A stretch of DNA of 64,000 bases from Octopus sinensis (taxonomy: Eukaryota), in assembly GCF_006345805.1 (NCBI RefSeq), contig NC_042997.1:121582001-121646000 (forward strand), in the 5' to 3' direction. Below the pieces are notes generated by a model. It was given only the letters and a program-made list of their open reading frames with translations. It was not told where the DNA came from and made no database searches. Below are positions 63,721-64,000 of the stretch, in pieces. The number at the start of each line of letters is the position of its first letter. Position 1 is the stretch's first letter. The position numbers and the translations under genes are program-made.

Positions 63721-64000
63721 CAGAGTGTGTTTGTGCGCGTGCGTTAAATATGAATATTATTTTTTAAAGCACGTTTAGGAATAACAGCGAATAACAAATG
63801 AAGTTTTAATGATAGCGCCACTCCATACAGGAAAGAATCGTGTGTGTTATTATCCTTCTCCTTATGAGACGAGAAAGAAAAAAATCTAAATTATCTTATA
63901 TAATGGGTTCTATTTTTTTTCTCAACATGGGGAATATGAGAATTGTTCTTAGGAGGTCGTGTGAGGTCATATAATGTTCCCTCATCGGCCAGTCGTTTCG

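Overview
Repeat-dense, AT-rich animal DNA. It is most likely octopus/cephalopod intergenic or intronic sequence (inference from the extreme microsatellite load and the tRNA-derived SINE families). No host protein-coding gene, rRNA, true tRNA or CRISPR array could be supported, and most ORFs in the track are microsatellite translations. The centrepiece is a full-length 5.46 kb Tx1/L1-clade LINE (13097-18560) with an exact 16-bp TSD. It sits inside the tRNA-like head of a SINE, which itself sits inside a MITE. The LINE 3' UTR shares 26/26 nt and a terminal stem-loop with the tail of a Nin/Deu-domain SINE. That SINE recurs at three loci joined to one fixed site in Nin-SINE heads, suggesting a target-specific Tx1 LINE/SINE system that uses SINE heads as landing pads. 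Also present: Penelope-like fragments, hammerhead-like motifs (including a fold-back tRNA-head+hammerhead element), R4/Dong remnants, a ~560-bp non-coding element in (TAA)n tracts, RTE, mariner and hAT remnants, Helentron-like elements and MITEs. Family labels A, B1, B2, C, D, E and F are my own working names. Coordinates of diverged copies are approximate.
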